This document shows positions 1-13,200 of a stretch of 64,000 nucleotides of DNA, one piece after another; position 1 is the stretch's first letter; each line of letters opens with the position of its first letter. The position numbers were made by a program, and so were the translations under genes. This stretch comes from Macrostomum lignano (lineage: Eukaryota). The DNA is taken from contig NIVC01000114.1 in assembly GCA_002269645.1 (NCBI GenBank), positions 186,001 to 250,000 on the forward strand, in the 5' to 3' direction. The notes beneath the pieces were generated by a model that saw only the letters and a program-made list of their open reading frames with translations, searched no databases and was not told where the DNA came from.

Positions 1-470
1 CCAACAAAGAGACAGGGGCGCCCACCAAGAGACAGGGGCGCCCACCATGAGACAGGGGCGCCAACCAAGAGACAGGGGGCACCCACCAAGAGACAGGGGG
101 CGCCAACAAAGAGACAGGGGCGCCCACCAAGAGACAGGGGCGCCAACCAAGAGACAGGGGCGCCAACCGTGAGACAGGGGCGCCAACCAAGAGACAGGGG
201 CGCCCACCAAGAAACAGGGGCGCCCACCATGAGACAGGGGCGCCAACCAAGAGACAGGGGGCACCCACCAAGAGACAGGGGGCACCAACCAAGAGACAGG
301 GGCGCCCACCAAGAGACAGGGGCGCCCACCAATAGACAGGGGCGCCAACAAAGAGACAGGGGCGCCCACCAAGAGACAGGGGCGCCCACCAAGAGACAGG
401 GGCGCCCACCAAGAGACAGGGGCACCAACCAAGAGACAGGGGCGCCGACTAAAGATAGAGGCGCCCAATA
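1..470 (+). repeat. GC-rich minisatellite array, ~20-21 bp unit (CCACCAAGAGACAGGGGCGC-like); runs off the window start
   Basis: Unit directly visible about 20 times; ORF 169..606 is only a translation of it. Confidence 0.95.
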
Positions 471-769
471 TAGAGGGCTTACGAAAACGCTAGCAAGCAA
501 TGAACTGCATGCCTTCTCAGAAACTAAAGGCCCATACCTACTACTAACAGTAAAGAGTATAGACAGAAAAATGCCACATTCTCTTAAAATGTGTATACAT
601 CTGTGAAGACATCATCCGTGATGACTAATAGCAATTTAAAGTCTTGATAGCTAATTCATATGCCGCTTGGGTCCATTTGTGGGCTTTTGTCATTTATTGT
701 TATTTATTGCGAAATAGTCTACTGTTAGTAAGCTAGTAGTAATTGTATCGAAACAATAACAATTCCATT

Positions 770-2405
770 TCAAGACTTCTCCGACTTCTCCACCATTTCC
801 GTGTCAGGTGCATCGATAGCTTTGAGCAGAGCGTCGTTCGTGGCCAGCACGGATTTAATGTTCTCCATGATGCTCTCCAGGAAGTCGCACAGCTCTTCAA
901 CAAAGTTGGCCGACTTCAACGAACCGCCGTAGCTGATTGGCCGAATTGTGGACCAGAATACGAACTGGATGCACAGAGCCTGGGAGGGGGCTGCGGTTCA
1001 GGCAGATTGCGAGACATTCCCATTAAATGCTTTGAATATCATTCGAAAATCCCCACTTTACTTAGATATATCAGATTTTCGAAGTGTTCACAAAATTTCC
1101 TGGGATTTTCTGGAGCTTCTTGTGATTCTCCATACATTTATCCAGACTCTCCCAGATTTCCTGAGATTCTCCCAAACTTCTTGAGGCTCTCCGAGACTTC
1201 TTGAGACTCTCAAAGATTTCTTGAGATTCTCCCAGATTTCTTGAGATTCTCCCAGATTTCTTGAGATTCTCCCAGATTTCTTGAGATTCTCTTTGCATTT
1301 ATTGAGATTCTCCCAGATTTCTTGAAATTCTCAGAGATTTCGTGTGATTCTCCCAGACTTCTTGAAACTCTCAGATATTTATTGAGATTCTCCGTTTTTT
1401 TGAGATTCTTCGAGATTTCTTGAGATTCTCCCAGATTTATTGAGATTCTTCGAGATTTCTTGAGATTCTCCCAGATTTCTTGAGATTCTCCCAGATTTCT
1501 TGAGATTCTCTGAGACTTCCTGCGATTACTAACTGAGAACGCCCGAGATTCTAGCTCTGTGGCTTTCAAAAATTAGACTACCCAGCCGAGACGTAAGGAT
1601 TTACTATTGGATTCCACGAGATTCTTCGGGGCTTTTCCAAGATTCAGATTTTCTTGAGTTTTTTATTAAGATTCAGCGCCCCTCATGTAAAATGCGTTCA
1701 AGATTTTTATTGAAGGGCCTGCAACCCCTAATTTAGGGGCGCCAATATTTGACGGCATGGTTGGTGGGCGCCACTGTCTCCTGGTGGGCGCCCCTGTCTT
1801 TTAGTCTTGGTGGGCGTCCCTGTCTTTTGGTGGTCGCCCCGTCTGTTGGTGGGCACCTATGTCTTTTGGTGGTCGCCCTTGTCTTCCGGTAGACACCTCT
1901 GTCTCTTGGTGGGCACCCCTGTCTTTTGGTGATCGCCCTTGTCTTCCGGTAGACACCTCTGTCTCTTGGTGGGCACCCCTGTCTTTTGGTGGTCGCCCTT
2001 GTCTTCCGGTAGACACCTCTGTCTCTTGGTGGACACCTCTGTCTCATGGTGGGCCCCCCGTCTCTTGGTGGTCGCCCTTGTCTCCTGGTGGACACCTCTG
2101 TCTCTTGCTGGAGTTGCAGTTGAAGAGACCTCGCTCAATATTGTCACAAATTGGTGTCCAAACTCACAAACGTGGGTTGACAGCTCCATCACAGGTTTGT
2201 CGTTAATCTGCCTGTTGATCATGTAGAACTTGACGTGCGGATAACGCACCACATATCTGGCCGCGATGTACTGCAGCTGCGGCACTGTGCGCTTCAGCAG
2301 CAGATTGTTGTCAATCTTGGCGTAGAACAGCACCAGCTTGAAGCAGCTGGGCTGGTTCAGCGTGTCCTGATCGTCCGAGCTTAATATGGTCAGGTACTTT
2401 GGCAT
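770..2405 (-). CDS. Putative two-exon thioredoxin-fold protein (147 aa) lacking the CxxC motif; exons 2405-2172 and 979-770
   Basis: Exon 1 MPKYLTIL...KLVLFYAK...LQYIAARY..YPHVKFYMIN...ELSTH (234 nt). Donor GTTTGT, the same donor hexamer used by the C9orf78 intron here. Acceptor CCCTCCCAG. Exon 2 ALCIQFVFWSTIRPISYGGSLKSANFVEELCDFLESIMENIK...SEKS* (210 nt, in frame, GC3-rich). TATAAA ~55 nt upstream and AATAAA ~65 nt after the stop. The Trx-fold call rests on pattern resemblance only. Confidence 0.5.
1085..1530. repeat. 20-bp minisatellite (GAGATTCTCCCAGATTTCTT)n in the predicted intron
   Basis: About 20 near-identical copies visible. Confidence 0.95.
1745..2110 (-). repeat. Inverted, more degenerate copy of the 1-470 minisatellite
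   Basis: Units such as GTCTCTTGGTGGGCACCCCT are the reverse complement of AGGGGCGCCCACCAAGAGAC; a higher-order ~60-bp unit occurs 3 times. Confidence 0.9.
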
Positions 2406-2968
2406 TCCTATTCTCAATTTTTGTAAACGAATTTGTTTATAATTAATTAACTTTAATATTTATAAAAAAATTGAATTGCAACTTTGAAATTTCGATGAAC
2501 GGCGAGAGAAAGACAAATCAGAGTTCGGGTCTTTTTACATAGACAATTTTTGTCGACCGGTAAATTCTATATGTATACTCTTAATTTCAGCTGCATCTGC
2601 GTACGTCAATCTATAATTATTTTATGCGTATACATGTATGATCGAATGGCGAATTACAATCTAAATTAAAATGATATGCAGCTATATCAGTCGATGCAGT
2701 TTTACTTAAATTTATTTATAATAAGTATTGTGAACTGGGGCTACAGTCATCCCCGACCCTTCTTCAGAACCTTCGGGCAATGCATGATTTGGAGTGTAAT
2801 TGCTGCGATGTCGCGACGTAACACGCACCCTGATGGCATGCCTGCCATTATGGTGTGTCGCAGCGTTGCGGTTTGCAGCTGCATATGTTCAGGGAGCGCT
2901 CCTAATTTGTACCTAGATTTGCTTCTTTATCAGCGGCTGCATGACAGGTCAAGCCTGCTGATTGCACT

Positions 2969-3681
2969 TGTTGTGCTATAGGCCGGATTACTACCCTGAC
3001 TATCACAGTGAACGAGCTGACGATGGCGTCAGTCAACTGGCCGGACTGACTTCGGACCCTGAGCGGGGGATCGCGTCAGGAGACTTAATCAGCCCGTCCC
3101 TAATGCACAGATTAATTCCCGCCAGTCCCTCAAATAAGGAAGACACGCGACTCACTCTGTTTCTTCGGGTAACAGCGGTGGCGGCAGCAGGGGTGGCTTC
3201 TCTCAACGTTCTCTGTTCAGTCTATAGAATAGACAGGTATCTGGATTGCAGTATTGGACCTATGGCTGTGACTTACACAATTCCAAGGAAAGAGAGAGAG
3301 ATGCCTCCCCTACTGCCGCTCCTACATATATTTATGTATCGCTACCCCAGGCCCAGCTAGCTAAAATTACGATCGTCTTATCCAACAAAGAAAGAGTTAC
3401 AATTGTCGGGGTCGCGATTGGGGAGAGGAAACAAACCGATTGGCTGCTGGACCACCAGCTAATCGCAGGGTGAGCGAGGGGGCGCACTGGAGCCGCAGCC
3501 AGCCAAAGCCGGCTGGCCTAACAGGCAGTGGGGTGGGTGCAACTGGAGGGGGTTGACGCAGACAGAATGGGGGGGGGGTTGGCGCAGGCACGCGGCCGGG
3601 GGCGGTGGGAGTGCAGAGCCGGGCACACTTTGACCGAGAGCCAGAGATTGCTCATCGGTGCAAGTGCGACCGGGCACAACA
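2969..3681. mobile_element. Probable solo LTR (713 bp)
   Basis: Termini TGTTGTGC...GCACAACA (8-bp perfect IR, TG..CA). Flanks CACT/AACT form a 4-bp TSD with one mismatch. CCAAT- and TATA-like motifs on the minus strand. Confidence 0.5.
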
Positions 3682-4749
3682 AACTTTTCGCTACATGGCG
3701 GAATAAGGCGAAAATATATCAGTAGACAAACTCTCAATTGCAGCAGTAAATAAAAAAATGTTTAGTTGAAACCAAAAAGCTGGACCCTGGTCGATCTAAA
3801 TCCTTGAAGCCAGTTCTCTAAAAGTCCGTTTTTTCTTCTAGCGCGATCATGCAATTCTCTTCAGATTTAGCAGTGACTATCCCTGTCTCCGGAAGCCACA
3901 CAAGAAACCTTTTCTAATCTGCTGCATGCGAGTTCACGACAAGATTTTCTAGGACCTATACTACGTCTAAATAAAATTCTGTTCAAGATTTTACAATATG
4001 TTATATACAGTAAAGATTACGCCTTGATTATATTTACGAAGTTCACAAGTTTAAATAATTTTGTGCGTTTATTTTGGTTTAATGCATACAGTCAATTTGG
4101 ACAATAAGTGCTGTCTGTTTGAAACGAAAAATATTTGTTCGCCGCGCGATTTGTTTTTTGTAGTTGTTGTAGTACTGCAAACGTTGATACAACTCTGCAA
4201 TTATTTTCTCAGTGCATTACCACAATAATTTTCTCTATTGCTTTTCTGCTTATTATCAATTAAAAAGTTTTTATTCAATATTTTCGTTTTCAGTTTTCAG
4301 TTTTAAGCTGATACCTTCATCGACATTGCATTGGCATTGGCATTGGCTAAAAACAAAATAAGACAAGTGTATCTGCAGGAGCATGTTTGCACGATTTCAA
4401 TTGGCCTGAAATTATATTATCTAAATGATGCAATGTGATTTAGACGTGATTTAAATTTTTTTATTAGGCCTACCTAAATCTTTCAATTTGATTGCTCTTG
4501 AGTCTTGCCTTAACCAACAATATTTTGTATAGCCATAAGCCCTAGTTTGTTTCATTTTAATGTCATGAGGTATACCTTCAAAGTCAAAAAGTAGATCATG
4601 AAAAAAATTATTATATAATATCCTAGATTTTTATTGCCTTGCATGCTACATACAGGATGCATGAGACTTGAGTTTAGAATAGGGCTTAGGCCGCTTAGGC
4701 CTTATAAAGTTTAAAAAGCCCTTGATTTTGGTAGCCTAATTATTGTTTA

Positions 4750-5537
4750 GGGCTCATTCCATATAAGATGGACATATTTGGAAAATAGAAAAAAGTCAAT
4801 ATTTTTGCTTGCCATTGCCTAATTAGCCTATTTTTTTACCAAATGTTTATATTGTGCAATATATACAATCTAAGAATAAAGGAATGGTAAAATGTTGGAT
4901 TAGTATGTTATCAATTGGCAAAAAGTCATTTTTGTAAAAATTTGGACATTTTTCGAAGCAAAAGACATCATTAAGATTTTGTACCTTTTAAAAACAAACA
5001 GAAAGCTTTTGAAGGTTGAAACAAACTATAGATAAAAGTATAGCACTTGCATCATCAGAAAAAAGCATTGGTGACCAAATAATCTATTATATTTTTAATG
5101 TATTAGTACCTCAAAGTTACTGAATTGACAGAAAAAAATATGTTACGACCATAATGTTACGACCATAAGGCTGCCTTTTCTTTTGTATCTTTGTTGCCTT
5201 TTGAGTTTATATATTCTAATAAAAGAGTATGATTTCTAAAGATGTTCTTAGTCAAATTTTAAAAATGTATTGCAAAATATCAAAAATGAAAAATGTTATA
5301 AGACTTTTACCTTTTAGTTTCTATATGTCAAAAATCCTGTCGTTACAACTATAAGTGTCATTTAAGGTTTAATAGCATCTATACTAATGATGATATCTAT
5401 ATGAAACTCTATAAATATATTCTAGACAAAATAATCTTTCATTTAAAATATTGGTTTAGTATATTCTATTATTAGATTTCATTTTATAAGTAAAAATAAC
5501 CTGTCATGTTACGACCATGCTTATATGGAATGAGCCT
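4750..5537. mobile_element. Non-autonomous DNA transposon (MITE) with TA target site
   Basis: 18-bp TIRs GGGCTCATTCCATATAAG / CTTATATGGAATGAGCCT (one terminal mismatch), TA on both sides, internal TGTTACGACCAT x3. Superfamily not determined. Confidence 0.75.
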
Positions 5538-5986
5538 TAGTTTACAAATTGTTTTAGTCTATGGACTAGACTAGCTTAGTTTATTTGTGTGCAGTAGGGA
5601 TACTATCACATTTGACTATCAAAATTCATCTTGAAATTAGACCTTCTAGCCAAAGAGGCCTATGATTTTATATTGGCATTTTTTCATCTCATGATACCCA
5701 CAGCCCAATTGATTATTTGTGTCAATTTCATTATATTATACCCAATGGAAAATAGTAAGAGTTGAAACAGATAAGAAAATGGCAAAAATCTTAATTGCAA
5801 CAAAGAGCTTATATATGTATGGCAGCCATCCACCCAGTGTTTTAATTGCCTGCATGGCAGCCATATCTTAGTCACTAAGTCATATACTATTTGAATTAAC
5901 ATTTAAATTAATAAAAATAGCAATGAATTGAGATTTTATTAGGTATACATAATTGTACATGGATAAAACAAAACAATATAGTAATA

Positions 5987-6432
5987 GGCAGTTATTATTT
6001 GTTCGGTGACTGGACGAATAGCGATGTGGTTATTTGTTCGGTTACTAGATCCTGACCATGCTTTCCTATTCATCCAGTTAATACTGGATAAATAGACATT
6101 TTGTTATTTGTCCGGTTAAATTGATAATGCTAAAATATCTAGTTTATAAAAACCACAACGGTAAATATTCCTAGACTTAAAAGACTTCTTACTCGTGTCT
6201 TGATTATTATATTGTTATACTAGTGTGTGTTTTATATACCAAATTATGCCGAATTGAATACACTGCTTTGCTTACACTCAAGTAATACAAGAAAATATTA
6301 ATCAGTATATAAGAAAAGGTCTTAAAAGTCTAGAATATTCATCACGAAACAATAAGATATTTGTGTTAGCAATTTAACCAGACAAATAGCAAAAAGGCTA
6401 TTCGTCCGGTCACCGGACAAATAACAACTGCC
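5987..6432. mobile_element. MULE/Mutator-type MITE
   Basis: 36-bp TIRs (GGCAGTTATTATTTGTTCGGTGACTGGACGAATAGC, 3 mismatches) and a perfect 9-bp TSD ATAGTAATA (5978-5986, 6433-6441). Confidence 0.85.
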
Positions 6433-6721
6433 ATAGTAATAATAATTTTAATTAGGTTTAGTTAGTAGCAATGTGCAGATTAGGCTTATACAAGGGCCAA
6501 CTGCCTAGGCCCTATTGCCATGCATGTAATTAAAACATTAGGTGGGATGGCTGCCATGCATGCAAGCTCACCATAATTAGTGAGCTTACTAGACTCTAAA
6601 ACATAATCCTTAGGCCTATATTCACTTTTATTATATGATATCCTAAATGGACAATTTGTTAATAATAATATATTATAAAATGAAAGTAAACAAGTGTGGC
6701 AAAGAAATGAAAGACCTACAA

Positions 6722-7514
6722 TAGTGATGGACCAAATGTAGATTTTTGCAAGTTTCCGAAACCAAATCCGAATGTACAAAAAAATTCCAAATCCGAATAT
6801 CCAAATGTGTTTCCGAATGTAGAAAAAAGTAAAAGGTACACGGCGGGAGTAACTATGACACCTTTCAGTGACGAAAATGCCTTGTCATCTAATTAGTAAT
6901 TGTATTAGCGCTGTACATTAATTTACTGACAAGATTCAATCTAATCTCGGGCTTATACTATATCTATCTAGTATCTGAATTGAATTAAACTTAGAATTGA
7001 ACTTAATTCTTATATATCTAATCTAACTAATTCCAAATATTAACACTAACTGACATAACGTTTGTGCAATTTGATAACTTTACCGTGTGCACGTAAAGTC
7101 TGTGCACATTAATTTGCATTTTGAACAAAATGATGATTACACTTAAACAATGATTATTGTGATTAAATGTTTCTGCAACTTTAGGTTGAATGCCTCAAAG
7201 GTTCCGATGTTAAGTGACTTTACTTATTAACACTTTTTAATAATATACGTTATTGCAAAACAGACAATAGTAAAAACGAGCAATATTACGTTAAATTTTG
7301 CGTTGATTGTTTTTTAACTGACTTTCTTTTCAAAAAGTTGTATTTCTTTTACGTTAGTATAATTTTGTTTTTGGTTGTTTGCTTTTTTCATATTCGGAAG
7401 CACATTCGGATATTCGGAAAATAAAATTTTCGAATCCAAAACCTTTGGATTTCTAAAAAAGTGAGACTTTTTTTGGATTCGGAATCCGAATCCGAATATT
7501 TGGATCTATCACTA
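6722..7514. mobile_element. hAT-type MITE
   Basis: Imperfect ~17-bp TIRs beginning TAGTGAT, a perfect 8-bp TSD ACCTACAA (6714-6721, 7515-7522), and many subterminal CCGAAT/ATTCGG motifs in both arms. Confidence 0.88.
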
Positions 7515-7805
7515 ACCTACAAATTAAAAACCTATATCTGATTCTTATACTATCTTCTTTATTTTCATTTTCCCTCTTATATACTCCCCCTTCATTTTTA
7601 TTTTATAATGCATTGTTAATAATTTTTCTATTTAAGATATCATAATTTTTAGTATATGGAATATAATGAAAGTGAATATAAGGATTATGCTCTGGTAAGC
7701 TTTAATTATAGGATTTTTGTAATCATGGCTACATCTCTTTCAATTCTCACTATTTTCTATTAGGTATAAATAATGCAAAATATTGATATCATAACATACA
7801 TGTAG

Positions 7806-7943
7806 AACCTTGGGAATCACCCAGCCATTTTTATTGGCAACACATACATATAAACTACTATTGGCTAAAAGTAGTCACATGATTACTATTTTGTCTTACA
7901 TATATGTGTTGCCAATAGAAATGGCTAGGTGAATCCCTAGGTT
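7806..7943. repeat. Short palindromic element (~41-bp arms), MITE-like hairpin
   Basis: AACCTTGGGAATCACCCAGCCATTTTTATTGGCAACACATA pairs with TATGTGTTGCCAATAGAAATGGCTAGGTGAATCCCTAGGTT, with a few mismatches. Confidence 0.7.
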
Positions 7944-8134
7944 GCACCTAAGCATGTATTGTACAACTAAAAATGCCTTTATATTATATTAATAAAAGGA
8001 TTGATTAAACTTGCCCTATTTGGACCTGATATGCAATCAACAGCTTAGCCATAGCTATTGTAAAACATATCTAAAGGCTGTATATAGCTATTCAATCCAA
8101 GTAAAACTGTGGAAATTTATCTTATCTAACAAAT

Positions 8135-8493
8135 TTGTCAGGGCCCATTTAAAACAACTTAATTTATTATACCATTATATTTAAAAAAACAAACTATATA
8201 TTATAGTCTAAAAGCAAGTTAAAACAGTCCAGTAGAATTTTTAAAGAGCCTAAGCACAGAACTAAGGGATGGGAAAAAGAAAATAGACATGGCATTGCTC
8301 ACAGTGTTCTAAATACAAAACAAAGGGAAAAAGAGAGAGAAAATAGACATGGCACTGCTCATAGTGTTCTAAGTACAGAACAAAGAGAGAGAAAAAATAG
8401 ACATGGCACTGCTTACAATGTTCTAAGTACAGAACAAAAGGAGTGAAAGAGGAAATAGACATGGCATTGCTCAGTTTTTTAAGTACAGAACAA

Positions 8494-8541
<48 letters not shown>

Positions 8542-8722
8542 TAGCCACTAAGCAGTGCCATGTGCCATATGTAAAATTAGTATTTTCTTTCTTTCTTTTC
8601 ATTCTGTACTTATTCTCTTAAAATTCTACTAGACTGTCTTGATTCACCTTTGGATTCTACATAGTTTGTTTTCTTAAATATAATGGTATAATAAATTAAG
8701 TTATACTGAATTGGCCTGACAA
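8135..8722. mobile_element. Foldback-like element: long imperfect inverted arms around ~60-bp tandem repeats x4 and (AG)n
   Basis: 8135-8260 is the approximate reverse complement of 8600-8722; the internal unit GAAAATAGACATGGCACTGCTCATAGTGTTCTAAGTACAGAACAAAG is repeated. No TSD found. Confidence 0.6.
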
Positions 8723-8884
8723 TATCTTATGATTGACAAAACACATTGGCTAGAAAGAAAAATTGTATTATATGTTTTGTTGGCATTTATTTTCTTACTA
8801 TTTAATCTAAGAACTGGGGGTTGCCATATACTCAATTATCCTAGCTAATGCTGGTACCCATTTTATAGCTAATTGGATTAGTAA

Positions 8885-9050
8885 TTGACAAAATTTGGAT
8901 TTTTGCAAGTTTCCAAAACAGAATCCAACTGTGCAAAAAATTCTAAACATGAATCCAAATATCTGAATGTAAGCAAAAAGTAATAGGTAAACAGTAGCAA
9001 TAACTTGACACTTTTAAGTAACAAAAATGCCTTGTCATCTTATTGTCATC
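8885..9050 (+). mobile_element. Diverged fragment of the left arm of the 6722-7514 hAT MITE family
   Basis: Shares GATTTTTGCAAGTTTCC..AAAC..AATCC...AAAATGCCTTGTCATCT with 6740-6895. Confidence 0.65.
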
Positions 9051-9419
9051 CAATATGGTTACAAACCAATTGGCAAAGTGTTTTCTACCAAAATGGCTAT
9101 TGCCAAAGTGGTCTTTTTTCTTTTCTAAAAATGTTTTTTAAACTAAAACTTCCCTATAACATCTTTTAGAAAGTAAAAACATTGTAACCAATAGCTTTAA
9201 TTTAATTATAGAACAATTTTTGTAAAAGTTTATATTTTAATTAAAAAAATACTGCTGGTATTGTAAGCAAAATAGAATTTTTTAGAAACTCTTAAATAGC
9301 ATGTGTAATTTTAAAAAGTTACTTTAATGTGTGATTTTGTTTTTGTCAATGTTTAGAAGTTTTAGTGAGTGCAATTTGTGTAATTGAAGATGTACAAATT
9401 CATTTCAATTCTACAAATT

Positions 9420-9595
9420 AGCAAGAAAGATGATATGATCAAAGCATGATAACAACCATGAGAGTACTATATCCTCCAGCTGGCTTTCCAAGCAGGGATA
9501 GGCAGACTTTTACCCCAAAGGCTAGATAAAGAATCCAGCTCATGGCTAAGGGGCAGATAAGAGTGGAAAAGAATAGACAATTCGAAAAGAGATTA
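9420..9595 (+). repeat. Dispersed ~170-bp repeat (second copy at ~20605-20775)
   Basis: GCAAGAAAGATGA..TGATCAAAGCATGA..CTGGCTTTCCAAGCAGGGAT..GGCAGACTTTTACC..GAATCCAGCTCATGGCT..GAGTGGAAA occurs at both sites. Confidence 0.85.
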
Positions 9596-10263
9596 TTAGA
9601 GTATTAGCAACTTTAATCTAGCCTTAGTCTCATACCTGCGCATTGCCCCTAATTTATACTAGCCATGCAACTTACTTTTTGAACAAAAGTTTGACTTACC
9701 TATAAAAAAAACCCTAAGGAAAAAATTGATGCAATTTTGGATAAACAGCAGGAGTAACTTGACTATCTGATTAAGGATAAATGCCTCATCATCTAATTAG
9801 TGAAATTTTATCCATTAAACCTTTCATCTTTCATGCTAATTAGTCTTCTCAGGTCAGCATTTTGCAACTTACCTTGGCTAGGCCCATTGCCAGCCAGCTG
9901 GATTGGCCTGGTTGGCCAAGTTTTGCACATGTATGCTTTGTCTTTGCTATTTTACATAGAATAACATAACCAGAATTTCTATTCTAGTTATATCTTTTTT
10001 GTTCTCATATCTTGGAAAACAGACATTAACCAAGAGGGTATAAGTTAAAATGTTGAATATATTTTTAACAGTTTGCAGCATTTACCTGATTGTTGATTAG
10101 CAAAATATTGATGCAAGCCAAATGAAGAAGTTTAGCACACTTTGAACTTAAATTTTTGTAATAGCTTATAGCTTTTTTAATATTTTATTATGCAATTTCA
10201 ACTCGAAACATTTATTTGTTTTTGTCTAATTATTGTTTCCAATAATTTGAATTGCAGTACAAT

Positions 10264-13200
10264 ATGTCTGCCCCAAATCAGCCAGGCAGTGAAGGTCCAG
10301 GTGGTCCGCCGTGAGTAATCTGCATTACTTGATGTTCTTTCTTTCCATGGACATGGCGTGAAACCTAGTAGTGTTGCTTGATTCTCTGGTGTGCCAGCGT
10401 CCCAGGCTTGATTCCAAGTGCAATCACATTAATTTGGGGCTAAATTTGAATCTCTGCTTGTGTCTGCTTGTCACCTTGTGTAATTGATTCCATTGATGGC
10501 CAATCACCAAGGCACAGTGAAGTGTACATGCCTAACGATAAATAAAATCAGGGCCGCTGTACACTGCTGTGTGTATGGGTGCCTGTGCCTGTGCATATGA
10601 CTGCATATGTATCTGTGTGCTTGTGTGCTGCTCAGGGGAGCCAGCGTAATGGGCTGGGCAGTAATGCCTCTTGCCAGCTGTGACAATGTCGCTCCATGTC
10701 TCTAGTAATAAATAATAGCATAAATTGTAGGCAAGTCTATGGCTTCTTTTTAAAGCTTCAAGTCATTACTATAAGGCATCCCAAAAGTCCATTAGGCATT
10801 AACAAATATCTGGATAAGCTACAGAACTCTACAGTCCTTCAAAGTAGCATCTTTGGCAGCAATCAGGCGTTGCCAGCATTCTAGCAGCTTCATTTGCCAA
10901 TCCCTGAAGCGAGCATACCATTTGTTAACCACTAGCTCACTGAAAGCATGTTGCCAAAAAGGCTTCCAAAAGTGCTTTAAAGAGTGTGGACTGTGGATGC
11001 ATATGAAAATATCGGTGTGGCTGAGATTCTCACATTTTGTCTATGATAAAATCTGCCATTGTAGTTGTTTTAGTAAGCAAGCAAGTGCAGTTTTTTTCTA
11101 TATCTCAACAGTTTAAAATAGAAATAATCTTATTCTAAGTCTGTTACTAGAATTTTTACCTCTTCTTGGATTTTTTAGCTTGCATTGCTCTTTAGGTTGG
11201 GGGTAGTGTTCTTACTGTTAGTGTATTAATTAATATTGTATTCTGATATATAAGCTTTTATAATTTTATTTAGATCTGCTCCCGGAGCAGCTGGAGAAGG
11301 AGATACTGGTGCCCCGAAGTCAAACTACCAGCCAAATAGGCGCCTGCAGCAGACTCAGGCTCAAGTTGATGAGGTGAGTTTTTGTTTTAAAAAATAGGAT
11401 CTAGGAGTGAAATTGCCAGCTAGAGCTGTTTTTGCAATTGATAATAACCTGAAATCTGCAGGTTGTCGACATCATGCGAGTTAATGTTGAAAAAGTGCTG
11501 GATCGGGACGCCAAGATCACAAATCTGGATGATCGCGCTGGTGCGTTTCTAATATTATTTATTAATTATCTAATTTTAGCTAGCTACTGTTTCAGCCATG
11601 GCATCTCAGCAACTCCCCCATTGAGCCATGTACTCGTAATCTCAGCAACTCCCCCAATGAGCCATGGCATCTCAGCAATCCCCCATTGAGCCAATTGGCA
11701 TCTCAGCAATCCCCCATTGAGCCAATTGGCATCTCAGCAATCCCCCATTGAGCCAATTGGCATCTCAGCAATCCCCCATTGAGCCAATTGGCATCTCAGC
11801 AATCCCCCATTAAGCCAATTGGCATCTCAGCAACTCCCCCATTGAGCCATGTACTCGTAATCTCAGCAACTCCCCCAATGAGCCATGGCATCTCAGCAAT
11901 CCTCCATTGAGCCATGGCATCTCAGCAATCCCCCATTGAGCCAATTGGCATCTCAGCAATCCCCCATTAAGCCAATTGGCATCTCAGCAACTCCCCCATT
12001 GAGCCATGTACTCGTAATCTCAGCAACTCCCCCAATGAGCCATGGCATCTCAGCAATCCTCCATTGAGCCATGGCATCTCAGCAATCCCCCATTGAGCCA
12101 ATTGGCATCTCAGCAATCCCCCATTGAGCCAATTGGCATCTCAGCAATCCCCCATTGAGCCAATTGGCATCTCAGCAATCCTCCATTGAGCCAATTGGCA
12201 TCTCAGCAACTCCCCCATTGAGCCATGTACTCGTAATCTCAGCAACTCCCCCAAAGAGCCATGGCATCTCAGCAATCCTCCATTGAGCCATGGCATCTCA
12301 GCGATCCCCCGTTGAGCCAATTGGCATCTCAGCAATCCCCCATTGAGCCATGTACTCGTAATCTCAGCAACTCCCCCAAAGAGCCATGGCATCTCAGCAA
12401 TCCTCCATTGAGCCATGGCATCTCAGCAATTCCCCATTGAGCCAATTGGCATCTCAGCAATCCTCCATTGAGCCATGGCATCTCAGCAATCCCCCATTGA
12501 GCCAATTGGCATCACAGCAATCCCCCATTGAGCCAATTGGCATCACAGCAATCCCCCATTGAGCCATAGCATCTCAGCAACTCCCCCATTGAGTCACGGC
12601 ATCTCAGCAATTCTCAATTAAGCAATGGAATCCGAGCAACTCCCCAATATTGAGCCTCGATATCCATGCAAATCCCACTAATAATAATAGTGATAAAAAT
12701 AGACTAAAATTGATAAAATGTAAAAGCGTGTTTTCCCCAACGACAAACTCAACCCAACCAGACGCTCTACAAGCCGGCGCCTCGCAGTTCGAGGCCAGCG
12801 CTGGCAAGCTCAAAAACAAGTACTGGTGGAAAAACATAAAGGTAAATAGCTTTATATTTGTCCGTGTATCTTTACACCTGTAATCTTTTCGTGCTTGTAA
12901 TTCTTTGTGATGGGCCTAGTCTGCTGCTAGATGGTCTTAATTAAAAGCTGAGGAAGTCCGGAAGTTCTTTGATTAGTGTGTGGGCGTATGCCGTGTGTTT
13001 ATTAAAGAAATCCGCCATATGTTTTTGTATTCTAAAATTACGCTCGTATCTTACAGGCTTCAAACAGAATTCTATTTCGATTTTTAGCTACTTTCTCTAT
13101 CCTAGCCGACCTAGCGCCTTGTCGATTTATGAAGTATAAAATTTTCTTTTCAATGCAAACCCCCAATTTGCAGCCAATCTATCAGCTGATTCTGGGCAGT

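Noticed and set aside
169-606. 145-aa repetitive protein
   Set aside because: Translation of the minisatellite; no start context or non-repeat domain.
1857-2417. 186-aa single-exon protein from the ORF track
   Set aside because: Only the first ~80 codons look coding; the rest is read-through into intronic satellite.
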